DNA of 64,000 bases from an uncultured Clostridia bacterium (GTDB lineage Bacteria > Bacillota > Clostridia > TANB77 > CAG-508). Made by a program: the position numbers and the translations under genes. Under the pieces are notes generated by a model that was given only the letters and a program-made list of their open reading frames with translations, was not told the DNA's origin and did no database searches. The stretch spans positions 1,916 to 65,915 of the forward strand of contig CAKPDR010000001.1 in assembly GCA_934149075.1 (NCBI GenBank), read 5' to 3'. Below, piece after piece: positions 1 through 9,413 of this stretch (positions are counted from its first letter, which is position 1; every line of letters starts with the position of its first letter).

Positions 1-994
1 TATTTTCATAGTATTTCTCGCCATAGACTTCTAATATATGTGTCTTTGCAGCAGCTCTTGCCTCTTCTGAAATTCTTGTAGAGTCTGTTCTCATATATGT
101 TATTAATCCAACAGTTCCTTTTTCAGGAATTTTTACTCCTTCATATAAACCTTGTGCTACTGACATTGTTTTCTTTAATGTAAATCCTAGTTTTCTTGAA
201 GCTTCTTGTTGCATAGTACTTGTTGTAAATGGTGGTGCTGGTGTTCTTTTCTTTTCACCTTTTTTGATGTCTTCTACTATATATTTTGCATTTTTTATGT
301 TCTCAAGTATTTCGTCTACTTGCTCTTTATTATGAATTTCTAATTTTTTTCCATCTTTTCCATAAAACCTAGCATCAAATATTTTATTAGATTTTTCATC
401 TAATAATTTTGCATATATATTCCAATATTCTTCTGGAATAAATTTTTCAATTTCTTCTTCTCTGTCTACAATTAGTTTTACTGCAACTGATTGCACTCTT
501 CCTGCTGATAGTCCTCTTCTTACTTTTTTCCATAATACAGGACTCATTTTGTATCCAACGATTCTGTCTAACACTCTTCTTGCTTGTTGGGCATCAACTA
601 AGTTGATATCAATATCTCTTGGCTCTTTTATTGCTTTTTGTACTGCAGTTTTTGTTATTTCATTAAATGTTACTCTTGTAATTTTGTCTTTATCTACATC
701 TAGTATATTTGATAGATGCCATGCTATTGCTTCTCCTTCACGATCAGGGTCAGTTGCCAAATATACTTTTTTTGCTGATTTAGCATCTTTTTTTAATTCT
801 TTTATTAAATTTCCTTTTCCCCTAATATTTATATATTGAGGCTCAAAGTTATGTTCTACATCTATTCCTAATTTTGATTTTGGTAGATCTCTAACATGTC
901 CCATTGATGCTATTACTTTTGTGCTCCCTCCCAAAAACTTCTTTATAGTATTTGCTTTTGCTGGTGATTCTACTATTATTAATTTATCTGCCAT
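1..994 (-). CDS. topA: DNA topoisomerase I, N-terminal part. The gene runs off the window start and is not in the ORF track because it has no stop in the window
   Basis: Manual translation of the minus strand from the ATG at 994 gives [23 protein letters not shown]...MGHVRDLP...[13 protein letters not shown]...[16 protein letters not shown], with the TOPRIM domain and type IA topoisomerase motifs. There is no stop before position 1. Confidence 0.9.
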   Translation of the reverse strand, partial: MADKLIIVESPAKANTIKKFLGGSTKVIASMGHVRDLPKSKLGIDVEHNFEPQYINIRGKGNLIKELKKDAKSAKKVYLATDPDREGEAIAWHLSNILDVDKDKITRVTFNEITKTAVQKAIKEPRDIDINLVDAQQARRVLDRIVGYKMSPVLWKKVRRGLSAGRVQSVAVKLIVDREEEIEKFIPEEYWNIYAKLLDEKSNKIFDARFYGKDGKKLEIHNKEQVDEILENIKNAKYIVEDIKKGEKKRTPAPPFTTSTMQQEASRKLGFTLKKTMSVAQGLYEGVKIPEKGTVGLITYMRTDSTRISEEARAAAKTHILEVYGEKYYEN

Positions 995-1058
995 TTTTAT
1001 TTTTGCTCCTTCCTGCATCGCATTTTTGTAAGCTTTTTCTTAATTGTTTTTCTATTTC

Positions 1059-1418
1059 TTATGTATTGTAGCCTAATTTTTTTATTTTGGCAAGTGTTTG
1101 TAATTTTTTTATTTCTATAATTACATCTTCAAGACCTATTGGCGTAACTTCATTTTCTTTTATTAAGCTTAATATTTTTGTTATTTCACTTTCATCATTT
1201 GTTATATGTTCAATTCTATTTTGTTCAACTCCAATTTTTTCTTTATACTCTGTTTTTATTACTTGTATTCCATATAATAATTTATTTTCTTTTTCTGGTT
1301 CGTTTGTTATTTTATAATATTCTACTTTTATTGGATAGTTTATTCCCGCTTCTAATAATTCGTCTCGATTTATAAAGATGCTTCCAAAAAAGTTCTTCAA
1401 TAACTTTCCTCCCTCCAC
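1059..1418 (-). CDS. hypothetical protein (119 aa)
   Basis: ORF in the track, upstream of topA on the same strand. No motif recognised. Confidence 0.4.
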   Translation of the reverse strand: MEGGKLLKNFFGSIFINRDELLEAGINYPIKVEYYKITNEPEKENKLLYGIQVIKTEYKEKIGVEQNRIEHITNDESEITKILSLIKENEVTPIGLEDVIIEIKKLQTLAKIKKLGYNT

Positions 1419-1707
1419 TTTTGTTATAACATTTACTATAATACTTTATATTTAAAAAAGCAAGAACTTTTCATCGCAAGATTCTCTACATTTTCTGAAA
1501 AATCGACATCTTCTTTTTTATATGTATTTAATGTTTCAATATGTCCTAAAATCTCTTTAATATTTATTACAGTTTTCTACAAACTTTTTCATAAAAATAT
1601 AGTATAATTTATTTAACATCAGAATTTTTTCATATTTTCTGAATTTGTCCGGACAATCTTTTATTCAAAAAGTATTAATAATTGTTTTTTATTCTAATTA
1701 TTAATGC

Positions 1708-1741
1708 TGAAAAGCACATCATTTTTAAGATGTGCTTTTTG
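1708..1741. terminator. intrinsic terminator hairpin overlapping the trmH-like stop
   Basis: aaagcacatc-atttttaa-gatgtgcttt followed by a T-rich run. It closes the mfd-trmH transcription unit. Confidence 0.5.
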
Positions 1742-2525
1742 TTATTTTTTGTCTTACATATTCATACATTACAATTCCTGCTGCTACTGAAGCATTAAGA
1801 CTTTCTGTTTTACCTAACATAGGAATTTTAGCTTTTTCATCTGCCATATCCTGAATCTCTTCAGATACACCATTTGATTCATTGCCTATAACTATTATCT
1901 TTTTATTGAATTCTATATCATAAATACTGTTATCTGTTTGTAAAGATGTTACCATTAATTTAAAATGATGTTTTCTCATTTCTTTTATAGATTGTACCAA
2001 ATCAGATGTTTCAATTATTTTGACTCTGAAGATTGCTCCCATCGTTGAACGTACAACTTTAGAGTTAAATGCATCAACTGTATCTTTAGTAACTATTATT
2101 TGTTTTAGTCCAATACTATCAACTGTCCTTAAAATAGTTCCAAGATTACCTGGATCTTGTACATTATCTAATGCAACTATTATATCTTCACTATAATCAA
2201 TTTCTTGCTTTTCTGTGTTTTTTTCAATAATTGCCATAACTCCCTGTGGATTTGTTACTTGTGTAATTGATGAAAAAATTTTGTCTGTTACATATACACA
2301 TTCATATTTTGCAATTTCAAGCATTACATTTGTAGGAATTTCATATGTTCTAGTTGTATCATCACATATAATAACTTTTTTAATTTTTGATTTTTCTTGA
2401 ACCGCTTCTTCTATTAATTTAACACCTTCAATAATGTATTCATTATTTTCGTCTCTATATTTTTTATCTTTTAATTTTTTTATATGTTTTATTAATTCAT
2501 TATCTTTACTTGAAATTACTTGCAT
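1725..2525 (-). CDS. SpoU/TrmH-family RNA 2'-O-methyltransferase
   Basis: 266 aa with the SPOUT motifs NLGTILRT and IGNESNGVS. It overlaps the mfd stop by 10 nt. Confidence 0.8.
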   Translation of the reverse strand: MQVISSKDNELIKHIKKLKDKKYRDENNEYIIEGVKLIEEAVQEKSKIKKVIICDDTTRTYEIPTNVMLEIAKYECVYVTDKIFSSITQVTNPQGVMAIIEKNTEKQEIDYSEDIIVALDNVQDPGNLGTILRTVDSIGLKQIIVTKDTVDAFNSKVVRSTMGAIFRVKIIETSDLVQSIKEMRKHHFKLMVTSLQTDNSIYDIEFNKKIIVIGNESNGVSEEIQDMADEKAKIPMLGKTESLNASVAAGIVMYEYVRQKITKSTS

Positions 2526-5500
2526 TCTTCTTTTTCCTTTCTATCATTCTCATCATTCATAATCTCTTTTAAAAATGTCTTAACTTCATTTAAAATTCCT
2601 TTTTCTGAATTTTCTGTCAATGCTAGTGTTACTTGTGGTTTTATTCCTTGAGTAAACTTAATTCTATTTCGATATTTTTTCAAAAGTTCATTTATATCAA
2701 TATTTATTTCTCCAGCATCAAATATAAATACTACAAAATTTCTTTTTTCTTGAACTTTACTAATTTTTAATTTCTTACACAAAGTCTTGATTCTAGCAAT
2801 ATCTAATAGATTTTCAATTTCATTAGGCATATTTCCAAATCTATCAATCATTTCATCTACAACATTTTGTATATCTTCTTCATTTTTACACAATGCAATA
2901 TCTTGATACATTTCAATTTTTTGACTTGAATCTGATATATATTCGTCTGGTATATAGCTTGTAACATCTAAATCTATTTGTACATCTATTTCAGGTATTA
3001 CAGTTTCTCCTTGGATTTCTTTTACAACTTCGTCTAATAAATTGCAATATGTATCATATCCAACTTGTTCTAAATGTCCATGTTGAATTTCTCCAAGTAA
3101 ACTTCCTGCTCCTCTAATTTCCAAATCTCTCATTGCAATTTTAAATCCTGAACCAAATTCAGTAAACTCTTTTATTGCTTTTAGTCTTTTATCTGCGACT
3201 TCTGATAATAGTTTGTCTCTTTTATATGTTATATATGCATATCCTTGTCTGTCTGACCTGCCAACTCTTCCTCTAATTTGATATAATTGTGCTAATCCCA
3301 TTCTATCTGCATTTTCTACTATTATAGTATTTGCATTTGGAATGTCAATTCCAGATTCTAATATTGTTGTACATACTAATATATCTGTCTTGTGTTCAAT
3401 AAAATCTTCCATGATATCTTCAATTTCACTTCCAGTCATTTGTCCATGTGCATAAGCAACTCTAGCTTCTGGAACAAGTGAAGATATTTCATCAGCTTTT
3501 TGCATTATTCTTTCTACATTATTGAATAGGTAAAATACTTGACCTTTTCTTTCTATCTCTCTTGTGATTGCTTCTCTTATTACTTCTCTATCATATTCTA
3601 ATACATAGGTTTGAACTGGTTTCCTATTATATGGTGGTTCATAGATTACTGACATATCTCTAACTCCAACTATTGACATATGTAATGTTCTTGGTATTGG
3701 AGTTGCAGTCATTGTCAAAACATCTACATTTGTTTTATATTGTTTTATTTTTTCCTTTGCTTTTACTCCAAATCTATGCTCTTCGTCTATTATTAAGAGT
3801 CCTAAATCTTTAAATTCTACATCATCACTTAAAATTCTATGTGTTCCTACAACAACATCAACTTCTCCTAATTTTAATTTTTTTATTATTTCATTTTGTT
3901 GTTTTTTAGTTTTAAATCTATTTAGAACTTCTACTTTTACTGCAAAGCCTGACATTCTATCTCTAAATTCTTTATATTGTTGTTCTGCAAGTACTGTTGT
4001 TGGCGCTAGATATGCAACTTGTTTTCCATCCATTACAGCTTTAAATGTTGCTCTTATTGCAACTTCTGTTTTTCCATATCCAACATCTCCACATAATAAT
4101 CTGTCCATTGGTTTGTCTGTCTCCATGTCTTTTTTTACTTCATCTATACAACGCAACTGGTCATCTGTTTCTTGATATGGAAAACTGTCTTCAAATTGAG
4201 TTTGCCATGGCGTATCTTTTGAGAATGCATATCCTTTTGCTTTTTCTCTTTTTGCATATAATTGAATTAATTCTTGTGCGACTTCTCTTAAATTTTTCTT
4301 TACTTTTGCTTTTGTTTTTAACCATTCTTTTGTGCCTAATTTATTTACTTTAAGTCCGCCTTCGTCTCCACCTACATATTTCCTAATACTATCTAATTGG
4401 TTTGTTGGAACATATAAAATATCATCTCCATAATATTTTATTTTTATATAATCTTTTGTTGTTCCATCTGCAGTTATAGTATTTACACCAATAAAAATTC
4501 CTATTCCATAATTTTTATGTACAACATAATCTCCTACTTTTAAATCTGCAAATACTACTTTTTGTCCTTCTTTAAATGCAGAATTTTTATAGTTTTTTCT
4601 TTTTTCTCCTTCTACAAGCTCTTGTGATGTTATTACAAGTTGTTTTGTGTCAAAACATTCAAATCCTGCTGATAATTTTCCGATTGATACTGTTACCAAA
4701 CTTTCATTATTTTTTACTATTATTGTTTGATTTAGTTTTTCTTCATATTTATTGATTATTTCATGTTCATCTAATAATGAACATATCTTTTTTGCTTTTT
4801 CTTTTGTTTCTGCTAATATATATATTTTCTTTTTGTCTTCTTGTGCTTTTAGTAATTCTTTTATCAATATTTCTATTTCACTTTTATAAAAGTTCTTTTC
4901 TTTATATACCCAATTGTATTTTTCTGCTTGTATTTTGATTTCATCATCATTTTTTGCTAAATATATTATTTGCTTATTTTCTAATTTTTCATCAAACTGT
5001 GAATAGTTCATTATATTTTTTATAGCATCTGGAACTATTTTTTCTTTATCAATTAATAGTTGTATTATATTTTGACTGTCTAAATTTATATTTTCGAGTC
5101 TTTGATTTATCTTATTTATTTCGTCTAATGCAATAATAAATTTTTCATTTAAGTAATCTAATATTGTTTCTTGTTCTTCATAAAAACAATTTAAATATTT
5201 CTCAATTTTGCTTATATAGTTTCCTGTTTTTATTACTTCTATATCTTGTTCAACTTGTGCTTGAAAAGTTTCTGCATATATTGTATTTCTTATTTTTTCT
5301 ACTACTGTTGATATATCTGTTTCTAATACATATTCATGTGCTGGATATATTGTTGCTTTTTCTGTATTTTCTGTTGATCTTTGGCTTACTATATTGAAAT
5401 ATCTTATTGAATCTACCTCGTCTCCCCAAAGTTCTATTCTTATTCCCATTTTTTCAGTTAAAGAAATATCTATAATTCCTCCTCTTATACTGAATTGTCC

Positions 5501-6016
5501 TCTTCCATCTATTAAATCATATCTTACATATCCTAAGTCAACAAGTTTTTGTTTGATTTTCTCTAAGTCATGTACTTCTCCAATTTTAAATTTTAGAACA
5601 TTTTTATATAAGGCTTTTTTGCTTATCATTTTTTGAGCAATAGCTTCTATTGTCGTTACAACTATTCCTGTCCTGGTTTCTTGAATTTTATTTAATGCTT
5701 CAATTCTTTCATATGGTAAGTCTTTACTTTCTGCTACATAGTCATATGTTACTATTTCTTTTTTTGGTAAATATATTATTTTATCTGTAAAATATTTTAA
5801 ATCTTCTACTATTTTTCTTGCTTGTATTTCATTATATGTAATTATACATATTGGCTTTTTGGCAAATTCTTTTGTTGCTGATAACATTTGTATCATTCCA
5901 ACGTCAGTTAAGCCCGATATGGCTATCGGACTTTTTTGGTTTTCTATATTTTTTATATATTCACAGAATTTCGAATTTTTTCCTAATTCCCCTAATATGG
6001 TGTTCATTTTTCTCAT
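2516..6016 (-). CDS. mfd: transcription-repair coupling factor Mfd
   Basis: 1166 aa. It has UvrB-homology, RNAP-interaction (D2/KOW-like) and RecG-like helicase parts: GDVGYGKTEVA, DEEHRFGV, motif VI QLYQIRGRVGRS, and a TRCF C-terminal domain. Confidence 0.95.
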   Translation of the reverse strand: MRKMNTILGELGKNSKFCEYIKNIENQKSPIAISGLTDVGMIQMLSATKEFAKKPICIITYNEIQARKIVEDLKYFTDKIIYLPKKEIVTYDYVAESKDLPYERIEALNKIQETRTGIVVTTIEAIAQKMISKKALYKNVLKFKIGEVHDLEKIKQKLVDLGYVRYDLIDGRGQFSIRGGIIDISLTEKMGIRIELWGDEVDSIRYFNIVSQRSTENTEKATIYPAHEYVLETDISTVVEKIRNTIYAETFQAQVEQDIEVIKTGNYISKIEKYLNCFYEEQETILDYLNEKFIIALDEINKINQRLENINLDSQNIIQLLIDKEKIVPDAIKNIMNYSQFDEKLENKQIIYLAKNDDEIKIQAEKYNWVYKEKNFYKSEIEILIKELLKAQEDKKKIYILAETKEKAKKICSLLDEHEIINKYEEKLNQTIIVKNNESLVTVSIGKLSAGFECFDTKQLVITSQELVEGEKRKNYKNSAFKEGQKVVFADLKVGDYVVHKNYGIGIFIGVNTITADGTTKDYIKIKYYGDDILYVPTNQLDSIRKYVGGDEGGLKVNKLGTKEWLKTKAKVKKNLREVAQELIQLYAKREKAKGYAFSKDTPWQTQFEDSFPYQETDDQLRCIDEVKKDMETDKPMDRLLCGDVGYGKTEVAIRATFKAVMDGKQVAYLAPTTVLAEQQYKEFRDRMSGFAVKVEVLNRFKTKKQQNEIIKKLKLGEVDVVVGTHRILSDDVEFKDLGLLIIDEEHRFGVKAKEKIKQYKTNVDVLTMTATPIPRTLHMSIVGVRDMSVIYEPPYNRKPVQTYVLEYDREVIREAITREIERKGQVFYLFNNVERIMQKADEISSLVPEARVAYAHGQMTGSEIEDIMEDFIEHKTDILVCTTILESGIDIPNANTIIVENADRMGLAQLYQIRGRVGRSDRQGYAYITYKRDKLLSEVADKRLKAIKEFTEFGSGFKIAMRDLEIRGAGSLLGEIQHGHLEQVGYDTYCNLLDEVVKEIQGETVIPEIDVQIDLDVTSYIPDEYISDSSQKIEMYQDIALCKNEEDIQNVVDEMIDRFGNMPNEIENLLDIARIKTLCKKLKISKVQEKRNFVVFIFDAGEINIDINELLKKYRNRIKFTQGIKPQVTLALTENSEKGILNEVKTFLKEIMNDENDRKEKEECK

Positions 6017-6084
6017 TCCTTTTGTTTTAATATGGTTTATTATACCATATCTTTTTTCTAAACGGAAGTATTTATTGGATTTTT

Positions 6085-6113
6085 TTGACTTTTTTCTTAT
6101 TTTGTGCTATACT
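6085..6113 (+). promoter_or_regulatory. near-consensus sigma-A promoter: TTGACT, 17-bp spacer, TATACT
   Basis: The -35 TTGACT is at 6085-6090, the spacer is exactly 17 nt, and the -10 TATACT is at 6108-6113. A 14-nt perfect palindrome aaacttataagttt at 6149-6162 follows, with a near-copy aacttatagtt at 6122-6132, ahead of the RBS aaagga. Confidence 0.6.
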
Positions 6114-6178
6114 AAAAGTGTAACTTATAGTTTTACATTACGAAATCCAAACTTATAAGTTTGGTGAAAGGAAAAAAG

Positions 6179-6349
6179 ATGAAATTATTTTCAGAAAACA
6201 TCTATTGTAGCAGTTGTAAAGGAACTTGCAGAAGAAAAAACTCTGCTGAAACCCAAAGAAATGCACATAAAAAGTTTGGAATTACCCCAAACAATTGTGT
6301 ACCAAATTGTGATGGTTCCAGTCGTTGCCCTTATGCTACGAGTAAGTAA
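6179..6349 (+). CDS. small Cys-rich peptide of 56 aa from the ATG. The track ORF 6161..6349 uses an upstream TTG
   Basis: MKLFSENIYCSSCKGTCRRKNSAETQRNAHKKFGITPNNCVPNCDGSSRCPYATSK has six Cys in two clusters of three. The gene has its own strong promoter, an RBS 7 nt upstream, and its own terminator. Confidence 0.5.
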   Translation: MKLFSENIYCSSCKGTCRRKNSAETQRNAHKKFGITPNNCVPNCDGSSRCPYATSK

Positions 6350-6370
6350 TTAATTTTCATCTTTTCTTGA

Positions 6371-6396
6371 GGGAACCTATCTAGGTTCCCTTTTCT
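6371..6396 (+). terminator. rho-independent terminator
   Basis: gggaacct-atct-aggttccc followed by ttttct. Confidence 0.7.
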
Positions 6397-6416
6397 ATTT
6401 CTATGCACTTTATATT

Positions 6417-7109
6417 CTACTTTAGCATTTGATAACTTGCCTTCCAATTAGGACAATAATAATTTAATAATGAATAAAATCTTTTATTATGATATTTTTC
6501 TATTAAATGCATTAGTTCATGAACTACTACATATTCTATTGCTTGATTACTTTTCTTGGCTAGTTCTGTATTAAATAAAATGGTCTGTTTAGTAATATTA
6601 CAGCTTCCCCATAAAGTTTTCATTTTTCTTAATTTGTACCCTTTTGGTTTTACCTTTAATAATAGTGACCATTTTTCCATATATTCATTTATTTTTGGGA
6701 TTAAGCTTTCTTTGTAAAAAATATTCATCAGTTTTTCTTTATATTCTGTTGTAGCATTTTCAGGTACATACATTTCAATAAAACCTGGTCTTTCTATTTT
6801 AATATATGATGTTTTTGCTTTTTCTACTGGGTATATTTTTAAAATATATCTTTTACCATTAAAATAGTGTTCTTCTTCTGATACATATTTTTTGTTTTCT
6901 TGTTGTTCTCTTTCTTTTAGTTTTTGTATTCGACTTTCTATCCAATCTAATTTATTTAAAACTATTTTCTTTACATATTCTATGTCTACTCTTCTGGGAC
7001 ATGATACATATACTTGCATGTCTGGGTGTACTTTTATATTTATATTTTTTACTTTTTTCTTTTCTATGTTTATTTTTATATTTTTTATTGTATAAGTAAT
7101 CATTGTCAT
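6417..7109 (-). CDS. YgjP/DUF45 (M48/SprT-like) zinc metallohydrolase
   Basis: 230 aa with a C-terminal HEXXH motif, VVVHELMHLIEKYHNKRFYSL. The size and motif placement are typical of the YgjP family. Confidence 0.6.
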   Translation of the reverse strand: MTMITYTIKNIKINIEKKKVKNINIKVHPDMQVYVSCPRRVDIEYVKKIVLNKLDWIESRIQKLKEREQQENKKYVSEEEHYFNGKRYILKIYPVEKAKTSYIKIERPGFIEMYVPENATTEYKEKLMNIFYKESLIPKINEYMEKWSLLLKVKPKGYKLRKMKTLWGSCNITKQTILFNTELAKKSNQAIEYVVVHELMHLIEKYHNKRFYSLLNYYCPNWKASYQMLK

Positions 7110-7119
7110 TCCTTTAAAA

Positions 7120-8094
7120 TTAATTTTGATAATTTATATGTTCACCCTTTATTAATTGATATCTAACAAGTTCTTTTCCATACAAATTTTCCTTATGCAT
7201 ATCAACAGCTGTAATTTGATGATTGTTATAAGTAGTATAATAATATATTCCTTTACTTACATTGCAACATGATGTATAAATTGTAATTTCATACTTTCCA
7301 TCTTCTAACTCACAGCAACCTCTTTGTTGGTCCACAGAATTAAGAATATGGAAAAATTGACTTACACTTTCATTTTCGTCTTTACCTGATACTGAGTTCA
7401 TCTTTATAAATGAGGCTCTAACAAATCGAGATTGAGATGATAAGTCCCCTGGAAGTCCAATTGCTCCCATTCCTCTACTATATTGCTGTAATTCTAAATT
7501 TGTTGCAAATGTATTTTTAGGTGATTTATTTGACAATTTCATATATTTGTTTAGCTCAAATAATTGCTTGTCAAATGGTGGATTATTGGTTAGTACTCCA
7601 ACTGGATTGTCATATATTTTTATACCATCTTTAACCGCTTCTACTGTTATTGATTCTTCTGCATCTGCAATTATCCAATGCAATTGTGCTAATGGTAATT
7701 GTCCATTAAATGGTGTATTTATCAGATTTATTTTTTCTATCAATTTTTGGGCTTCCTTTGTTGTAGAACATCGGCTTAATATCCATGGAATAAATTCAAA
7801 TTGTGCTATGTTGTCTTTGTTTTCTTGAATATCATTATAATACGCATTTCCCACAAAGTTGAGTCCAGCCATTCCAAGACCATTTTCATTTATAGCATCA
7901 TAATATAATGGATAATTATCAGCTACATAAGCCATTCCTATTATTGCATAATGACTACTTATTGTTTCTTCGTTTCTAAATTTAAATTCATAGTTTCTTG
8001 GTGTTATTGTTACTTCTTCTTTATACGAATATTCATAATCTAATGTTCTTCCAAAATAAAAATCCTTTGTTTTATATGTTACTGCTGTACACAT
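7120..8094 (-). CDS. bsh: choloylglycine (bile-salt) hydrolase or penicillin V acylase family Ntn hydrolase
   Basis: 324 aa starting MCTAVTY with the nucleophile Cys2. The stretches GLPGD..SRF and GIYYYTTYNNHQITAVDMHKENL match the Clostridium perfringens CBH family from memory. Confidence 0.8.
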   Translation of the reverse strand: MCTAVTYKTKDFYFGRTLDYEYSYKEEVTITPRNYEFKFRNEETISSHYAIIGMAYVADNYPLYYDAINENGLGMAGLNFVGNAYYNDIQENKDNIAQFEFIPWILSRCSTTKEAQKLIEKINLINTPFNGQLPLAQLHWIIADAEESITVEAVKDGIKIYDNPVGVLTNNPPFDKQLFELNKYMKLSNKSPKNTFATNLELQQYSRGMGAIGLPGDLSSQSRFVRASFIKMNSVSGKDENESVSQFFHILNSVDQQRGCCELEDGKYEITIYTSCCNVSKGIYYYTTYNNHQITAVDMHKENLYGKELVRYQLIKGEHINYQN

Positions 8095-8277
8095 ATTACC
8101 CTCCTTGTATTTCTATAAATTTGATTATATCATTTATTTGAAATTTTAGCGAGAAAAATCATACAATTATTAATAAAATTCATTTAATATTACTATGTCC
8201 TCAGGATTAATTTTTCAAATCTTTTACTTCTATTTTCTATCATTAAGTCATATATATTTCTTTATATTGGCCTTTTA

Positions 8278-8856
8278 CTATCTATTTTTTGCTATTACAT
8301 TAAATATATGACAATGCTTTATTTTTCCTGATCCCGTAAGACCATCTTTTTCAACTTCTTTAAATTTAATTATTTCAAAATCCTTAAACAGTTGTATTGT
8401 CTGACGTTTAGTCAAGAAAGTCATTTCTTCTTTTATATTTTTCCACTCATCATTGTTTCCAAAAAAATTTCCAACAAAATATCCATCGTTTAAAATGCTA
8501 TTTCTTATCTTATTCCATAATTTTTCAAAATCATTCTTATTGCAAAATGAAAGACTAAAATTAGATACAATTAGATCATTTTTTTCTAATTCAATACACT
8601 CAAATTTTTGTTTTGAAAATTTAAACTTCTTTAATTCATCTTTAGATAGTTTTTCTACTATTCTAGATTTAACATTTTCTTTATCTATTGCTAATACATT
8701 CCAGCCGTTTTTTATTAAATACACTGTATCTCTTCCAGCACCACACCCAAGTTCAACTGCATTTCCCGGTCTCACATTTAATTTAATGAATTCTTTTACA
8801 ATGTAATTTGGTTCTGCATTTTTTGTATTATCATAATATTTTTCTATACTTCTCAT
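8278..8856 (-). CDS. TehB-like class I SAM-dependent methyltransferase
   Basis: 192 aa with SAM motif I VELGCGAGRDTVYLIKNGWNVLAIDKE. A paralog lies at 57662..58102. Confidence 0.7.
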   Translation of the reverse strand: MRSIEKYYDNTKNAEPNYIVKEFIKLNVRPGNAVELGCGAGRDTVYLIKNGWNVLAIDKENVKSRIVEKLSKDELKKFKFSKQKFECIELEKNDLIVSNFSLSFCNKNDFEKLWNKIRNSILNDGYFVGNFFGNNDEWKNIKEEMTFLTKRQTIQLFKDFEIIKFKEVEKDGLTGSGKIKHCHIFNVIAKNR

Positions 8857-8865
8857 ATCTTTAAC

Positions 8866-9100
8866 ATTTTTCTCCTATTATATTTTCTATTCCATATTCA
8901 TCTTCTGCAGGAATTCCTATAAGTCTTCCCATTTCATGTAAAGTTACATCAACTTCAAATTCACACAAATGGTGTCCACACCTTTCAAATTAAATTTCTA
9001 TAATTGCTACCAATTCATTAAACGTTATATTTGCTGGTATTCGTAGTCTCCTCCATATTATTGGATGTGATTCCTTTATTATTACTTTTATTTCATCATA
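8866..9100 (-). pseudogene. decayed gene fragment resembling the plasmid pRiA4b ORF-3-like family
   Basis: Manual translation of the minus strand gives ..IKVIIKESHPIIWRRLRIPANITFNELVAIIEI, then a stop, then in another frame FERCGHHLCEFEVDVTLHEMGRLIGIPAEDEYGIENIIGEKC, which ends at the tehB-like start. It has the family's IWRR...HLxEF signature, at least two frame disruptions, and no intact start. Confidence 0.35.
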
Positions 9101-9286
9101 TTTTTCCTTTTTTTCGTAATTATATCATATCTTGTTGACTATTTGAATACTATTCTTGTTAATATATCTATATATTTTAATTTTCAACTCTTTTTTCAAA
9201 GAAATATGATAATTACCAAAATGCTTACTTAAAATTATTCATACTAAAATTTAGAAAATACTTTATTTTTTTCTAGACTAGCTATT

Positions 9287-9311
9287 GAACTTAATGCCTT
9301 CGGGTTATGAG
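9287..9311 (-). repeat. left att-core-like repeat (attL candidate)
   Basis: gaactta-atg-ccttcgggttatgag. It matches 22 of 25 positions at 56693-56717 with the same spacing, and lies about 100 bp downstream of the integrase stop. Confidence 0.5.
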
Positions 9312-9373
9312 GGCAGAAAGTTTTTTAAAAGAAAGCCTTTATTTCCAGTCTTTTGGAGATTTATTTTTTAGAC

Positions 9374-9397
9374 TTTCCCTTTATTTTCCCTTTATGT
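9374..9397. repeat. arm-type direct repeat (2x TTCCCTTTAT), left copy
   Basis: The 24-nt ctttccctttattttccctttatg is identical to 56548-56571. Confidence 0.55.
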
Positions 9398-9413
9398 CAT
9401 TTTAAAGTTCCAT

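Noticed and set aside
549-839. Plus-strand ORFs antisense to large minus-strand genes, for example 549..839, 1087..1317, 4045..4353, 15569..16018, 56881..57369 and 63105..63650
   Set aside because: They are low-complexity Leu/Phe/Ile-rich translations of AT-rich antisense DNA lying inside well-supported genes such as topA, mfd and hsdR, with no RBS context. I treated them as artefacts.
6179-6349. The Cys-rich peptide as a SCIFF (six-Cys-in-forty-five) RiPP precursor
   Set aside because: The Cys spacing is 3+3 at both ends rather than a C-terminal cluster, and no radical-SAM maturase is adjacent. I kept only a generic Cys-rich peptide call.
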